Shown: positions 36,576-51,658, counted from the stretch's first letter. The stretch: 64,000 bases of DNA from Eledone cirrhosa (GCA_964016885.1 OZ024745.1:44578001-44642000), one strand, 5' to 3'. The notes: generated by a model not told the origin, from the sequence alone. Made by a program: numbers and translations.

Positions 36576-38586
36576 CCGCACCAGTCACCCCACTACCGTG
36601 CACAGCCCTAACATGGTTAATGTTATTGCTGTTTACGCAGTTGTTGCAATTCTTATTTATTGTGCACATACTTTTGGCATTTATATATATATACTGGTTG
36701 GATGCCCTTCCTAACACCAGCACCACTTTACAGCATGGACTGGGTGTCTTTATTCGTGCCACCAGCACTAGAGAGGCTGTCTTATTGTGTTGACACTGCT
36801 TAAGTGGTGGTGATGTTTCTTTATGTCCTGCATAAACAAAATGTTCCACAGTTCAGTATTTTGACATGTGAAATCCAATGGAATAAAAATACCATGCCTA
36901 GAAAAATAATGTCAGGAAGGGACTCTGTCAAGAGAATATCACTTCCAAAAGTCTTCAACCTTTTTCAGGATGGAAAATATAGGTATAAAAATTATTCAAA
37001 TTTTAAAGTGACTTTCACTGCCAACATAATATTGCAGGAAATGACCTTCTTCACTCATTTATTCCTGAGAGGGTCGTGGGGGCAGATTCCTCAAACACTC
37101 CTTTCAGCAGGTCCTGTCAGAAGCAACCGTCTCCAACTGATCCGGCTGAATCCCCAGTGTGACCAGCCAAGCTCATGGATGTTATCCAACCATCTTGCTC
37201 AGGATCTACCCCTGGGTCTCCTGCCGGTTGGTTTTGCCCATAAAATCGGTACAGCAATTCTTTTCTGAGACATTCTAACCACATGTCCATAGTATTGGAG
37301 CTGTGATCTCTCAATATAGAGAAGTAGCGGCTCTACCTGGAGACTGATCTCTGAGTTATGCATTTTATCGAGTAATGTTACTCCAAAGACCTTTTGGAGG
37401 AATCACATTTCGGCCGCTTGTATTTGCAATCAAAATGGTATTACATATGAATGTGTAACTTGATTTTTTTTTTTTTGTTCACTTTTATAATCAATATTCA
37501 TTTTCTAGTGTTAACGTGGGTGGTTTGAAAATAGGCTGTTAGTCCAGTATTGTACCTATTGTAAATCTTAACAGAAAGAAATCACAAGGGAAAAGATTAT
37601 AATAGCAGGAAATTTAGACTAGGTATGCTCTTTTATGACATTTAGACTAGGTATACCCTATTCCTTGTGAGACAATTGCAGAAGTACTTAGCTAAGAGTA
37701 AGCCCCTCTACCTGGCAGTTATTAATGCATGCAATATTTCACAGCTCTAGCATCACTCCTATGAACTTTTCATCCCACCCTCATATGTAGATATAGTGTC
37801 ATCATCATCACAGTTTTACATTTATTTTTCCATGCTTATATGGGTTAGACAGGTCAGATGGTTGCATCTTGTTTATACATTCCACTTTACAGAATAGGCT
37901 GGCTGCCTTTTATCATGGCACCAGTACAACCACTTTACAGAGTGGGCTGGGTGCATTTTATTGTGGCACTAGCAGTACCACTTTACAACACTAGGGTGTT
38001 CATTGTCTTCGGGTAGGCTGGGAAGAGTGGTGGGTTAAACTAGATGGTAGGGATAGCCTTAAAGAATGACATCTGGTAGTACTTTTTGGAGTTCACCTCT
38101 TTTCTGGCCTGGTTGGATGAGGATGTGGAAATTAAGGGATATGTCCGGGTGGATGGGGGTAGGGGGTAATTGTTGGAATAGGAGAGTGTTTATAGAATAA
38201 GAACATGAGCAAGCAGCATCTAGTAGTAGACTATGGAGGTGTGCCAATCTTTCCATGGTGGGATGGGCTGAGCTGGACAAGGAAAGCGGCATGAAGTGTG
38301 TTTAGCTTTTTACTACCACTCTCTGCATGCTTGTTTTATCCTGTTGTAGTCCAGCATATTGCTAGTCAGATTGGTATTGTGTCTTCTTTGCTCAGCCTAT
38401 GAACCTTTCAGCAGATCTTTGTACAGTAATGAAAGGGTATATAAGTAAAGATTTGCAACATAATTCATTTAAAAAGAAACAACTGTATTTTTAAATAAAA
38501 CAATGCAAACAAATATATGTATTAAAAATGTTTTTATTCATAAATGTTTAAAATTTTGGCAAAAAATATTAAAGGAAGAGATACCA

Positions 38587-38935
38587 TGCATATGTATATT
38601 GCTCTACATGTGTGTATATGTATGTATATATATATATAAATATATACACATACACACACACACATGTATATTGCTCAACATGTGTGTATACGAATATATA
38701 AATATATACACATACATGTATATTGCTCAACGTGTGTATATGTATATATAAATATATACATACATACACACACACACATGTATATTGCTCAACATGTGTG
38801 TATATGTATATATCAATATATACACACACAAGTATATAGCTCTAAATGTGTGTATATGCATACATGTACACATGCATATACATATAATGTATATATAGAT
38901 ATATATATATATACACACACACATATCTCTATACA
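38587..38935. repeat. Compound minisatellite: CATGTATATTGCTCAACATGTG anchors between TA/CA runs
   Basis: About 5 copies of the anchor motif with variable spacers. Confidence 0.8.
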
Positions 38936-39335
38936 TGTGCATGCACCAACACTCCTTCACATATAGACATACACTCAATTCTTTCAAACACGGGAGCTAA
39001 GAAAAAGAAAAAGCAACTAATTCAATAGACATAGTTAAAACAAAACTTTCACATTTTTTATAGATACATACATGTACACACGTGTGTACATGTGGTGTGT
39101 ATATATGTACACACATACACACACACGTATATATGTGTATATATATGTATGTATATACACACACACGTATATATATATCCCCAGGAGACCACAAATAATG
39201 GGAGTACTCAATGCATGGGAAGATGCAGAGTGCATATGGGAAAAGGTGTAATAAACCGAACCACGACACCAAGCAGTTTTGGCTTGAACACAAACCGAAA
39301 CCACTTACTCTTGCAGTTGGGTTTATACCTCTCTT

Positions 39336-39369
<34 letters not shown>

Positions 39370-39443
39370 CACATTTTTTTTTTTGGGGGGGGGGGGGGGG
39401 CTCTGTGTGTGTATATATATATATATATATATACATACACACA

Positions 39444-39522
39444 CAGGGTGTCCCTCCAAAATGCATACACACTTCAATGGGATTCTAATAAATATGTGTA
39501 TACATTTTTGGGGGACACCCTG
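39444..39522. mobile_element. 79-bp Tc1/mariner-type MITE
   Basis: ~28-bp TIR CAGGGTGTCCCTCCAAAATGCATACACA / TGTGTATACATTTTTGGGGGACACCCTG. Confidence 0.8.
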
Positions 39523-40337
39523 CATATATATATATAGATATATGTGTGTGTATGTATGTATTTATAAAGCAAGACCAATAAAGATACTAAGCATGTTGCG
39601 TTTCATACTTAGGAATCAGTCTCTGTAACGTCACTCATCCAGCAGCTGTATTCTACAATGCCCCCCCTCCCCTCCCATCTCCAATGTTAACAATTAAAAG
39701 TGGAAGGGAAGCAGCTCATAATTGTTTCTACTTTTGGCACAAGGCCATCAATTACCCAGTACATTACTGGTACTTTATTTTATCGACCCCGTAAGGATGA
39801 AAGGCAAAGTTAACCTCGGCGGGATTTGAACTCAGACCGTAAAGGGACGTAACTATGCTGGAAAGCATGGCGCCCGACTCTCTACCGATACTGCCAAGCC
39901 ACACCCGGTAAGGGAAGCAACTCATAATACCTCTGAAAAAGTGTGGATATATGGTCTGAAATAGTGCTAACGACCTTGCACAGCGTCCCAAGTATCTTAT
40001 TTTACTTTGCAAATGTCAATACGATGCTGCAACTGTTTATATTGAGTGGGGTTTTTTTTTTTCACACACACACACACATTTATATACCATATTTTTATAC
40101 ACACACACATACAATAATAATGGTTTCGGATTTAGGCACAAGGCCAGCAATTTAAAGGGAAGGGGAAAGTCAATTACATCGACCCCAGTGCGCCACTGGT
40201 ACTTTATTTCCTCGACCCCGTAAGGACGAAAGGCAAAGCTAACCCTGGCAGGATTTGAACACAGAACGTAAAGGGTCGCAACTATGCCACAAAGCATATT
40301 GTCCAACGCTCTACTGATACTGCCAATCCATAGCCCC

Positions 40338-40369
<32 letters not shown>

Positions 40370-40937
40370 CAATCATAAATACAATTTGAAATACTAAGAA
40401 AATTATTGCCAGATAATAAACATAAGGAAATAAATGTAATGAGCAAGATGATGGAGAATGTTAAGATAAGCACTTTTAACCAACTATATATATATATAAA
40501 TAAACAAGTTTAAATGAGTTGGTAATACAACCCTATAATGGCAAAGAACATTTTTAAAGCTCAATATGATTTTATAGTCCACAGCAAAATAGGTAAAAAA
40601 AAAACAAACATATATACACATATAAAGAACAGGAATGGAATATTCTTAATCTAACAAAACGGTTCAATTAAATGCTTTAATTTAAAATCCTTGTTAATCT
40701 CTGTTCTTTATATATATAAAAATCTCAGGAATTTTACCCGCCCTAGACTCTATATATAAAGATTGGGTATATACCATAGTTAAAACTCAATGTAATCCAC
40801 TATCCATTAGCATGTAGTTCAGTGGGATCCACTGATCGGTTCCATGTTTCACTGAGCCAATCTTTCAGATACAGCGTCTGATATATTACATATATTATTT
40901 AACAATGATAACAAAGGCAAGCTATTTTACATATTTC

Positions 40938-40972
<35 letters not shown>

Positions 40973-41454
40973 ATCATCATCATTTTACGTCCGCTTTTCC
41001 CTGCTTGCAAGAGTGGGACAGGAACTGATTTTGGCTTGATTTCTACAGCTGGATGCCCTTCCTAACACCAACCTCATTTACAGTGAGTGCCGGGTGCTTT
41101 TTTTGCCATGGAATGACAGGGACCGCAGTCCTATCATCTCATTTCTACAGCTGAGTAAACTGGAGCAATGTGAAATAAAGTGTCTTGCTCAAGGAAACAA
41201 CAAGACACTTTATTTACTGTAAAAATGAGATGATAGGACTGGGGTCCCTATCATTCCACTGCAAAACAAGCACCCAGCCCACACTGTAAAGTGGATGTGT
41301 AGGCGCCACGGAAAAAAATATATATAGCTATTTGAGATAAAAATAGAATGGATATGAGACAGGAAGCATTGTAAATTATAAACACAGTTTTAGGTTAATA
41401 TTTTAAAATCAACCTTTGCCACTCATGTAACAAACCAATTTCATGCATGTGTGA

Positions 41455-41489
<35 letters not shown>

Positions 41490-41902
41490 CATATAGTATA
41501 AATCGAAGTTGTAGCAGCCATATAGCAGGTACTATTCGAGCTGTTTGCAGCAATCCCAAAGCACTCAATGCAGCAAGATGTCAATACATTACTGTCCAGA
41601 GTAAACACAAGTTAAAAAGTGTGACACCAAGAAAAACGACTGAAGGCAGTGGCCATACATATACGACAACGATAAATACAGAAAGTATGTATGTGTATAT
41701 ATATATAGCTAGCACAGCAGCAACACTTGAGTATGACAGTAGTATGTAATTTGCTTTCCCTAAAGGGTTTTAAGTGCCTATACAGCCATGAAAAGACACA
41801 GACACCTGCTTCAACCTACTTCCTTCTTTTGATCTAGTGGAACGTCCAGGATAGATAGGTGCACCACCACCCAGCAGGTATATTCGAGATTGAGTGAGTG
41901 TG

Positions 41903-41935
<33 letters not shown>

Positions 41936-42334
41936 GAAAGGCATCCGCTATAGAAAAACAAGTCAAAATACAGATCTGTAGGAATAAAATGTCACCTGAC
42001 CCGACTTTTCTCATAACGTGACAACCCATATAAGTGTAGAAAAATAGATATTAAACAATGATGACGAGGATGAGTGTGTGTAGGGAATAGGTTTGTTATT
42101 AGGGAAGCAAAGGTTGGTTTTTAAAATTTACCTTATAATATAAGTTTTTATTTACATTGCTTTTTGATTGCTATATTTTCCAATCATCCTACATACAAAT
42201 CTTCCTTGAAAGAGTGGCCTTCTGGATAAGAAACCTTTAAACCTGAGAGAGTTTCAATATACATTCAACCAACAAATGTGGCCCTGTGGAGCATTTACAC
42301 AAATATTCTTCCATCAAATTCACTAACCTTACAA

Positions 42335-43165
42335 TTCTTTCTATCACTGGCACAAGTCCTGTAATTTGGGAGATAAGGGGAAAAGTTGATTACACTGACC
42401 CCATTATTTACAGGTACTTTTATTGTCCCTGGAAGGATGAAAGGCAAAGTTGATCTCAGCAGGATTTGAACTCAGGACATAGCTAAATACTGCAAAGCCT
42501 TTTATTTGACACTACCAGTACTGCCAATCTACTGCTCTTAATAGTAATAATTGTTTCTATTTTAGGCACAAGGCCAGCAATTACCAGTACATTACTGGTA
42601 CTTTATTTTATCGACCCCGTAAGGATGAAAGGCAAAGTTAACCTCAGCGGGATTTGAACTCAGATCGTAAAGGGACGTAACTATGATGCAAAGCATGGCG
42701 TCCGACCCTCTACCGATACTGCCAATCCACCGCCATTAATAGTAATAATGATCTTTTTTATTTAAGCACAAGACAAACAATTTGGGGGGAGAAGAAAGTC
42801 GGTTACATCGACTCCAGTGCATCACTGGTACTATTTTATCAATCCCGTAAGGATGACAGGTAAAGCTAGCCTCGGCGGCATTTGAAATTAGTACGTAAAT
42901 GGCCGTAACTATGCTGCGAAGCATGGTGTCCGACACTACCGATTTTGCCAATCCACCGCCCTTTAATAGTAGTAATAATAATTGTTTCTACTTTAGGCAC
43001 AAGGCCATCATTTAACCAGTACATTACTGGTACTTTATTTTATCGACCCCGTAAGGATGAAAACAAAGTTAACCCTGGCGGGATTTGAACTCAGACCGTA
43101 AAGGGACGTAACTATGGTGGAAAGCATGGTGTCCAACCCTCTACCGATACTGCCAATCGTGCCGG
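42335..43165 (-). mobile_element. Head-to-tail stack of four tRNA-derived SINEs
   Basis: Four consecutive copies separated by (AAT/AGT)n tails. Confidence 0.85.
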
Positions 43166-45789
43166 CTTACCCTACGCGCTGTCGGCTGTCTCGAATGAGC
43201 TGCCGAAATGGTTTCTAATTTAGGTACAAGGCAAACAAATTTAAGAGGAAGAGAAAGTCTATTATATAACTCCAATACTTGACAGGTACTTCATTTAGAA
43301 AATCTAAGGGCAGGGTGGGGAGGGGGGGGGTTAGAATCGTTAGAGTATTGGATGAAATACATTGCAGTATTTTGTTATGACATTCTACTTTCTGGTTTCA
43401 AATCCCACCAAAGCCAACTTTGCCTTTCATCCTTCTGTAAATAAGGTACCAGTCAAGTACTAGTGGGTCAATATAATTGACTTTCTCCTTATCCCACAAA
43501 TTACTGGCCTTGTACCTAAAGTGGATTCATTATTTACAAAATCTAAGCTAAGCTGTACAACATTTACTGCTTAGAGAAAATAAAAAAATAATTAACTAGA
43601 TTTATATTATTTTAATGAAATAATACAAAGTTATCAAAGACCCAAAGTGTGTTCATCTAATCGTAGAATTCCAAAAAAGTAATCAAAATTTAAATGATTC
43701 AACTAGACCCATTTTACAACTGCATCAAACTAAGAAAACATTAAGAAACCTTAAATGAAGTCGTTCCTTCATTAATTAATATATTTAAAAAAATAAAAAA
43801 ATAAATTAATGCAAAATAGTTGGTTAATTAATGTGCTTTAACATTTTTCGCATCACCTTGCCAGTTGTTTCATATTTTCAACAACTAATGCTAATTTCTC
43901 AAAAGAGTTGGTCTTCACAACCGTAACACATTACATGAAACTTGTCAATATTCTGATTAACAAAACAATTACAATACAGTTTCACATAAAAAAAGGTAAT
44001 AATTACAAAACTGAAGACAAGAAAAAAAAAAAATATTTATATTAAAAAAAAAATAAAAAAAAAAAAAAAAATTGATGGTATTCTAAGAATATCCTTGGTA
44101 AAATACACACAAACCAGACTTAATAAAAACAATTATCACAAAATGGGAAAAAAAACAAAACATTTTCACTTCAAGTAACAATAAAGAAAACCTAAACAAA
44201 AGAATATATCTAATAACAGGAACAAGAATTTTTTTTAATTGCTGAAAAAAAAAAATAGTTTAAATACAAGAACTATTATATTTCTTAAACCATTGACTTA
44301 TTGGTTCTTTACCAGTGTATGGTTTTAAAACTATCAATTGGCAGTGACGTGAAACAGCTAACCAAAGATAGAACAGAATAATGTTTTGCTCAAAGAAATT
44401 CAGTAATTTTCTCAAGTATAATCAAAAGAAAAGAAAAAAATGAAAAAATGAAACAAACAGCACCAGGTGACAATATGATTTTTTTCAAAACTATTGTTTT
44501 GAAATATAAAATAATAGAATGTTAGAAAAATACTTTCATTCTTTAATGAATATAAAAGATCAAAACAACTGGAATGAAGAAACAGTTAGCAGCAGTGTAT
44601 AATTCCCTATAGTTTAGAAATTGGAATCATTTTGATACCAACCTGACTGAAACTGCCATGCTACTATGATACAAAACAGCTCATTTTAAAGTTTTCATCC
44701 TTATATTAAAACTTCCTGTCAATTTTATTTTTTAAAGAAATTTTGGTCAAGTAATGTTCCAAACTAATGAGAAAATAAGAATTTTACTCAATTCCAACAT
44801 AGTTTTTAATATTTAATTAAAAGATTAATTGAAACACATTGACAGTGTCTCACATTAGAAATATGGTAACAAAAGTATTAAAATAAGAAGAAAGTGAATA
44901 AACTAGACTGCACACACATTCTAAACTATTTTTCAGTTACTAACTTAAAATTTATGTTCAATATTTAATAACTTTTCAAAATTCTTTTTATTTTATTTTA
45001 TTTTATTTTATAATGGAATTTGTAAAACTTTTGTGAAAACTAAAACAAATTCCCCAGGGATATTTGTTGAAATGAAATTTGATAAAAGTAAATGAGAATT
45101 CTTTGATCATATTTACTTTTAGCTTCAGTATTTCCACAGCAAATTATTTTAGCATCATCATAATTTGATGTTTATTCTGTTAACAAGAGTTGGACAGGTC
45201 ATCACAGACGAAGTCAGTACTAAGGTACTTACAAAAATTAAAATGGTGGGTCATTAGGCAAAGAAGAAAATGATATATAGATTTCTAAGATAGACAGGGT
45301 GAAGTGAAAGCAACCACAAAAGTTGACTTTTACCTATCATCCTGGAAATATGAAAAGCAAAGCAGTATCTGGTCTTCTTCATACACTTATTCCTAAGGTC
45401 ATGGCAGCAATCATCAGAAGGTCCTATCAGAAGCAACCATCTCAAATTGACCTGACTGAATCCCCAAGCAAGACCAACTGTCATCCAACCATCTTACTTG
45501 TGGTCTACCTCTAGGTCTCTTGCCAGTTGGCTTTGCTCATAAAATGTTTAACAATTCTTTGTTTAGACATTCTAACTACATGTTTGTAGTCATTTCAGTA
45601 AAGTAGTGGCTCTCCCCAAAACAAGTTCCAGATCACTGAGCACCTGGTAAAATTTGAACATTAGTGAGATTTAGGAATAGAAGCAAATATCACAAGGCAA
45701 TTTGTCTTGTGCTCCACAAATTCCACCATGCCCTGCCCTCAACTGGATTAAACATTTATAAGCTTAATTCTATAAAAGAAAGGGCAGCT

Positions 45790-46175
45790 ATATGATGTAT
45801 GGAAGTGAAACATGGGCAGTAAATGCAGGGCACAGGCTGGAGAGAAATGAAAAAAGAATGCTCTAATGGGTGTGTGATATTAATGTGCATGGATGGCGAA
45901 ACATGGATGAACCAACAAAAATAGTATAGGAGGAATCAAATGTAATGAGCAAGAGAGAAGACTGAGCTGGTATGGATGATGATCATTGAATGAAGTGCCA
46001 GAATTCCCAGTAGAAGGAAGCTGCAGTAGAGGGAAACCAAGGAAGACCAGGGCAGCAGTGAGAGCTGATTTCAAAACAAGAAAAAACGCTATGAGGGAAG
46101 GAAAGCTATACTGGAAAAGACCTGTCCAATCCATGCAAGCATGAAAAAGAAAATGTAAAAAGAATGAGGATGATA
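45790..46175 (+). mobile_element. Old RTE LINE 3' fragment
   Basis: Remnants of YGSETWAVNA, ERNE and RGKPRKT, with an RTE-type tail. Confidence 0.7.
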
Positions 46176-49100
46176 TATTCTATAGGATGTAGCCATTCTA
46201 ACCACATCTGCTTCTTGTTTCTTATTCTTTTTTTCTCTAACATTACTTTGATAAAGTATTTAAACCAAATTGTCAGAACCTTCTATTTGGCATATTTCCA
46301 CTGAACACACACTGTTCCTATTTTTGTGAATTAACCACGTGTCTTCTTTTTTCACTTTTTGTTTGTTCCCATCCTTTTATGCCATATATATATATGTCTT
46401 GATGCAATTTAATAGATTGGATTAATTGTATTGGTGACTTTTATTAATCCTTTTCACAAAATGTGTTTAAAGGACTAACATTAACTATTTCTAGTCTTTA
46501 ACTCCTAATATCCTGTAACGATTTAGCAAAAGATATAAAAAAACAACAAAAAAAACTAACAGGTTTGTTAATTCATGTTTATATGATCTTTACTAGTGAA
46601 CAGATCGTCGTAAAACTTTGGAATATTAGATTTTAATTTTTAATGTGGTGCAGTCATGGAGCTGTTTTGTACCTTTCTAGAGTGTCTTGCTAATGCAGTT
46701 TCATGTAGGACAGAACATTAAAAGTTAACAACAGAAAACTTCTTTAACAATAGGAAAGGTTGAATAAATAACAAAAGCTTCCCTATTTTACACCAAGAAT
46801 GGGATTTTTTTTTATCAGCCATACCAGGATGGACAATACATGAACATATAGCTATCTGCTAACTGTTTTCTTGTGAAAGTTGTAAGTAGTAAATAAAGGT
46901 AAAAAAACATTAAATAAAGGAAATAACTAAAACTAAATGTCATTTAAAATAATTACAAATGAATAAACTTAGAAAGTTAAATGTTTAATTTTTAAACTGT
47001 CATGATTGAAAGAGCAATGAAGTACAAAACTCAAACATTGTGACTTCTACATTTTATGTAAGCTTTATAGACATGCTTGAATTACTAATATAGTTAGCAT
47101 AGAAAAAATGAATCTAGTCTCTAAATTATGGTGAAAATGAATTAACATGATACAAAATGAAGGTATTGCACCAGCCCTAACTTAATTTTACTCTAAACAA
47201 AATCACTGGGTACAACAATCACATGAAGAATGATCACAAACACACTATGACACAGAGTTTCCCAGTGTTGTAAGTAAAGTATAGAACCTCTAAGACCTTT
47301 ATTTAAAAAAAAAAATATTCTGTATGGCTATTAATACAAATAAGAAAAATAAATACACTGAATAATGGACCATGAAAAACATAGAAAAGGGTAACGTTGA
47401 ACACAGGACTTTTTAATGAAAATGATTTGTGAATAAATATAACTTTAATGCACAAAAAAAAGAAAAGGAAAATACAAACTAAATGTGAAATATTTGTTTC
47501 GAAAAAAAAAAAAGCTGAAAATTGAGACAATTCTGGAGGAAAAAATGTCTCATAAAAATCTTTTTCTTTTTTTACTCAATGTTTCCAACATTGAGAAGCA
47601 GTGCTATAGAAGTGGCATTTAGCAACTGAGAAGCTTTAAGGAAATAATGAGGCTATGTAATAAACCTCTGTTAAATGAAAACCCAGGTGTTAGGTTTTCT
47701 ACTCAGAAATGATACCCATCTTGAGATCTTAGACAATTAAATAAAAATTAATGTTTTCAATAACATTTTTCTCATAAAAAAAAAAAATTAATATTAATAG
47801 AATAATAATAATATTAATAAAATAATAACAACACCTGAATGGATGGGATATGTTTCTGAACAATGCACCAACCAATTTTCCACTTAGAAATTTTGTTAGT
47901 AGATATTCTCTAAGTGGAAATATCAACAAATTTCTCTAAAATATGCAAATAATTACATATTTTAAAAAATAAGCAAAGAAATAAATATTTAAATTGAGAA
48001 ATATTAGAAATGTTAATTAAAAAAATTATTGCAAATACATGATCTATTTAAGAAAAATAATATTCTTATAATTACTTCAAACTTAAAATTTTAGATAACA
48101 ATCATCTCTTACATTAGCACATGGCAACAGATTTGTAAAAGAGATTATCAAGTTCATAGTATCAACCTCAGCATGTGTAGGATGACAAGCTAAATTGGCT
48201 CTGCCGGGATTTGAACTCAGAATGTAGAAAGATAAAACTAAATAAAGTTAAACATTTTAATTTGGCACTCCAGCCATATCTCCCACATTATAATTCTATT
48301 GATATAATGATTTAACACAAACCACACATCTTTAGAGATAGATGTAGTTGACAAAACAGCAGCACTTGGGAGTATCAAAAGCAAAGTGGACCCTGGCAGG
48401 ATTTGAACTCACAACAAAGTAATGTAACTAAATACTTCAAGGCAATTTCTCCAGTTTTCTTCTGATTCTCTTACCTCTCTCTACTATTGAAAAAAAAAAA
48501 AAAAATAATAATAATAATAATTACACTTAAATTTTTAAGGGTTCATAAAACTACCTTATAAAAACTGCTGACTTAGAGTAAGTAAATATGCCATATTGAT
48601 GGCTCATCTCATGTCTCTGCCACTCTGTTGGGTTCGACGACAAGTGTTCCAGTTGTTTTATCAACAGGGCAGCCTGCTTGTAAAATTAATGTGCAAGTGG
48701 CTGAGAATAAAAAGACTTATGTACCCTTAATACAGTTCTCAGGGAGATTCAGCATGACACATTATGTGTCAAGGCTGGCCCTTAGAATTACATACAGGTA
48801 CAACTCAATTTTACCAGCGGAGTGGAATGGAGCAACGTGAAATAAAGTGACTTGCTCAAGGACAAAACATGCTGCGAGGAATTGAACTCACAACCTTACA
48901 ATCATAAGCTGAATACCCCTAACCAGTAAGCCACATGCCTTCACCATTTTGATGGTAAAAGCTAATATGAATACCACAAATTTTCTCCTTAATGGAGTGA
49001 AAAAAAAACTTGTGGATAAAGACAAGAAGAGTGATAGAAGTTCTGAAAACTTTAGCATATAAAGGGTTTAATATTGTGGTTTTAGGAACACATTACTGGT

Positions 49101-49901
49101 CTAAAGTATTGCTCTAATGAAATATAGCCTAAAATCTCATTAATATATCTAAAACATTGACTTAATATGATTAGCATGGTGTCAAATTCTGTTATCAAGG
49201 ACACAGCAGTAAGCATTGATAATTAAAAGATGAAAAACAAACTGGTATAGGTAATTTTTTTTGTCTGTGTTATTACATATGACATTGTCATTAATATGTA
49301 AATGAGAGAAAATATTATAGAAGATCTGGTTTATTATTATTCTACATTTCCTTTTACCAGATTTGCTACTGTGACTTGACTGATATTCAGACAAACATAC
49401 CAGAAATAATACGAGTGGGCCAAGAATTAAAAAAAGAATAGGAGGAATTTCTTTACATTAGAAACTATATTGTTTATGTTTATATAAATATAATTAGTGT
49501 GATGTTTTCATCACCTTAATTAATTCAAGTGTAAGCAGAATTAAGCACTCCACATCAGTTGTACCATTCCAACTACGATATGGATTCACATAGGCTAGTA
49601 CACAATGGAATATTTATTGGTATTTGAATGAATATGAGGATAGGGTGCTACTTTGCCATTCTGCACATTTCCACATATGTCTATTGGCCATCAGGTTAAC
49701 AAACAGCTTGCATAATGTTGGTAACAGATTGAACAGAAAAAAACTATGTGATGTAATACATTTGGATTTGACCCATATGTTGACTGAAGGTTTGTCTGCC
49801 AAATTTACGCTATATAATGGCCAAGAGAAATGCATATAACAGCAAACGATTCAATAAATCAAAATACAAAAAAGTTGCACCCCATCTTCATATCCATCCA
49901 C

Positions 49902-50010
<109 letters not shown>

Positions 50011-50599
50011 GGATAGTTTTCCAAAGAGGAATGGAAAAACCACAGTACTCAATATGTTAGTAGAGAAGCATATATATTTTATATAGAAATGACTTCTATA
50101 CGACTACAACTGTTTCATTCGTATAAAATCATCAGGAATGTACATTTCTATATAGAATATATATATATACATATTGGTGGCAACTGCAGTACTGAGGTTA
50201 CTCAGGCTTAGCCTAAGTAACCCAACTGTCAAGACTATTTCAAAATAACAAGGACACTACATTCACTCAATTTTTTCCTAGATCTAACGATGCAACTAAT
50301 GCAGAGAAACTACTACCCAAACTATTAAGAATAAAATAACACCAAATGGTTTTAATTCAGGTTTCTTCAAAGAATATTGCTGTTTTAATTACATAATGTT
50401 ATATGAACAAAATTTAATGAGGCAAGCTTAGTCTCATAAAATATAGCCCAATGAAACACACAAGCTATATGAACAAAAGGGACTGTGAGCGAAAAAGTCT
50501 AGAAAGTCCTAGTAACATTGAGCTACACACATAGGTTATTCAGTAATTTTGATTACTGGAGGTGGCATCAATACGAGTACCCAATGCTGTAGCAGGGTG

Positions 50600-50845
50600 T
50601 ATATATTATGTATGAGGTTAAATGTTTCAGTTTAAAATGCTTTTATTGCATATTAAACATTATATGCATCCATCTCGGTGATGAAAAAGTTTTGATTTGA
50701 GTCCACACATCTAATGAGTAGATTGATGCTGGAGTCAGGTCTACCACATCAATAAAGACCTTGAGCCAATCATCTGAAACATGTAACATTTGATATGCAA
50801 TAAAAACATTTAAAACTGAAACTTCATTATCTCAATAAATATATG
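50600..50845. repeat. MITE-like inverted repeat
   Basis: GTTTCAGTTTAAAATGCTTTTTATTGCATAT pairs with ATATGCAATAAAAACATTTAAAACTGAAAC. Confidence 0.7.
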
Positions 50846-51001
50846 TATATTGGACAATGTGTGAAGTCCTTGTTACAGTTAGGTATATTTGAAAAAAAAA
50901 GGAAAAGAATGTCTTCACTTGTAGTTCTAAACAATTTAATTTTATATTTGAATTTTACATTGTAAAATTGTAATATAAAATTAAATTGTTTAGAACTTTG
51001 C

Positions 51002-51038
<37 letters not shown>

Positions 51039-51237
51039 CAATGAGATAAATATGTTTTTAAATTTATTATCCAACCTTTTTTTTTTTTTCTGTTTTACAG
51101 TTTCAGAGACAACTAGACTTATTATATTACTTGAAACATGATATTTACATTTTATAATATCATAAATTAGTAATGTTATAAACTTTTTCTAAATGTCAGA
51201 TATCATTTTGAGAAAGATGATATTGTATGAAACTACA

Positions 51238-51289
<52 letters not shown>

Positions 51290-51613
51290 TACAAATATAA
51301 ATTACCGAGAATCGCATTTCGGCCTATGAAATAACGAAAAGCAACCTCCGAGTTGTGTGGCAAGTGCTCAATGGTTCAGAAGAACCAGAGCTACAACATT
51401 CGTTAAGGGCCAAACACACTGAGACGATGGTTAAACAATCATCCGCACAGCCAAAAAAACGATCAAGTAATTTGGGTCAAACAAATAAAAATATAAAAAT
51501 ATATATATATGAGATGTGAACAAATGCTAGGATAAGTAGTTGCATATTGAAAGGACAGTGTAGTTTCATACAATCTTTCTCAAAATGATATCTGACATTT
51601 GTTCACAACAGCT

Positions 51614-51658
<45 letters not shown>

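Noticed and set aside
38503-39628. Many overlapping Y/I/H/T/V/C-rich ORFs
   Set aside because: Products of TA/CA microsatellites.
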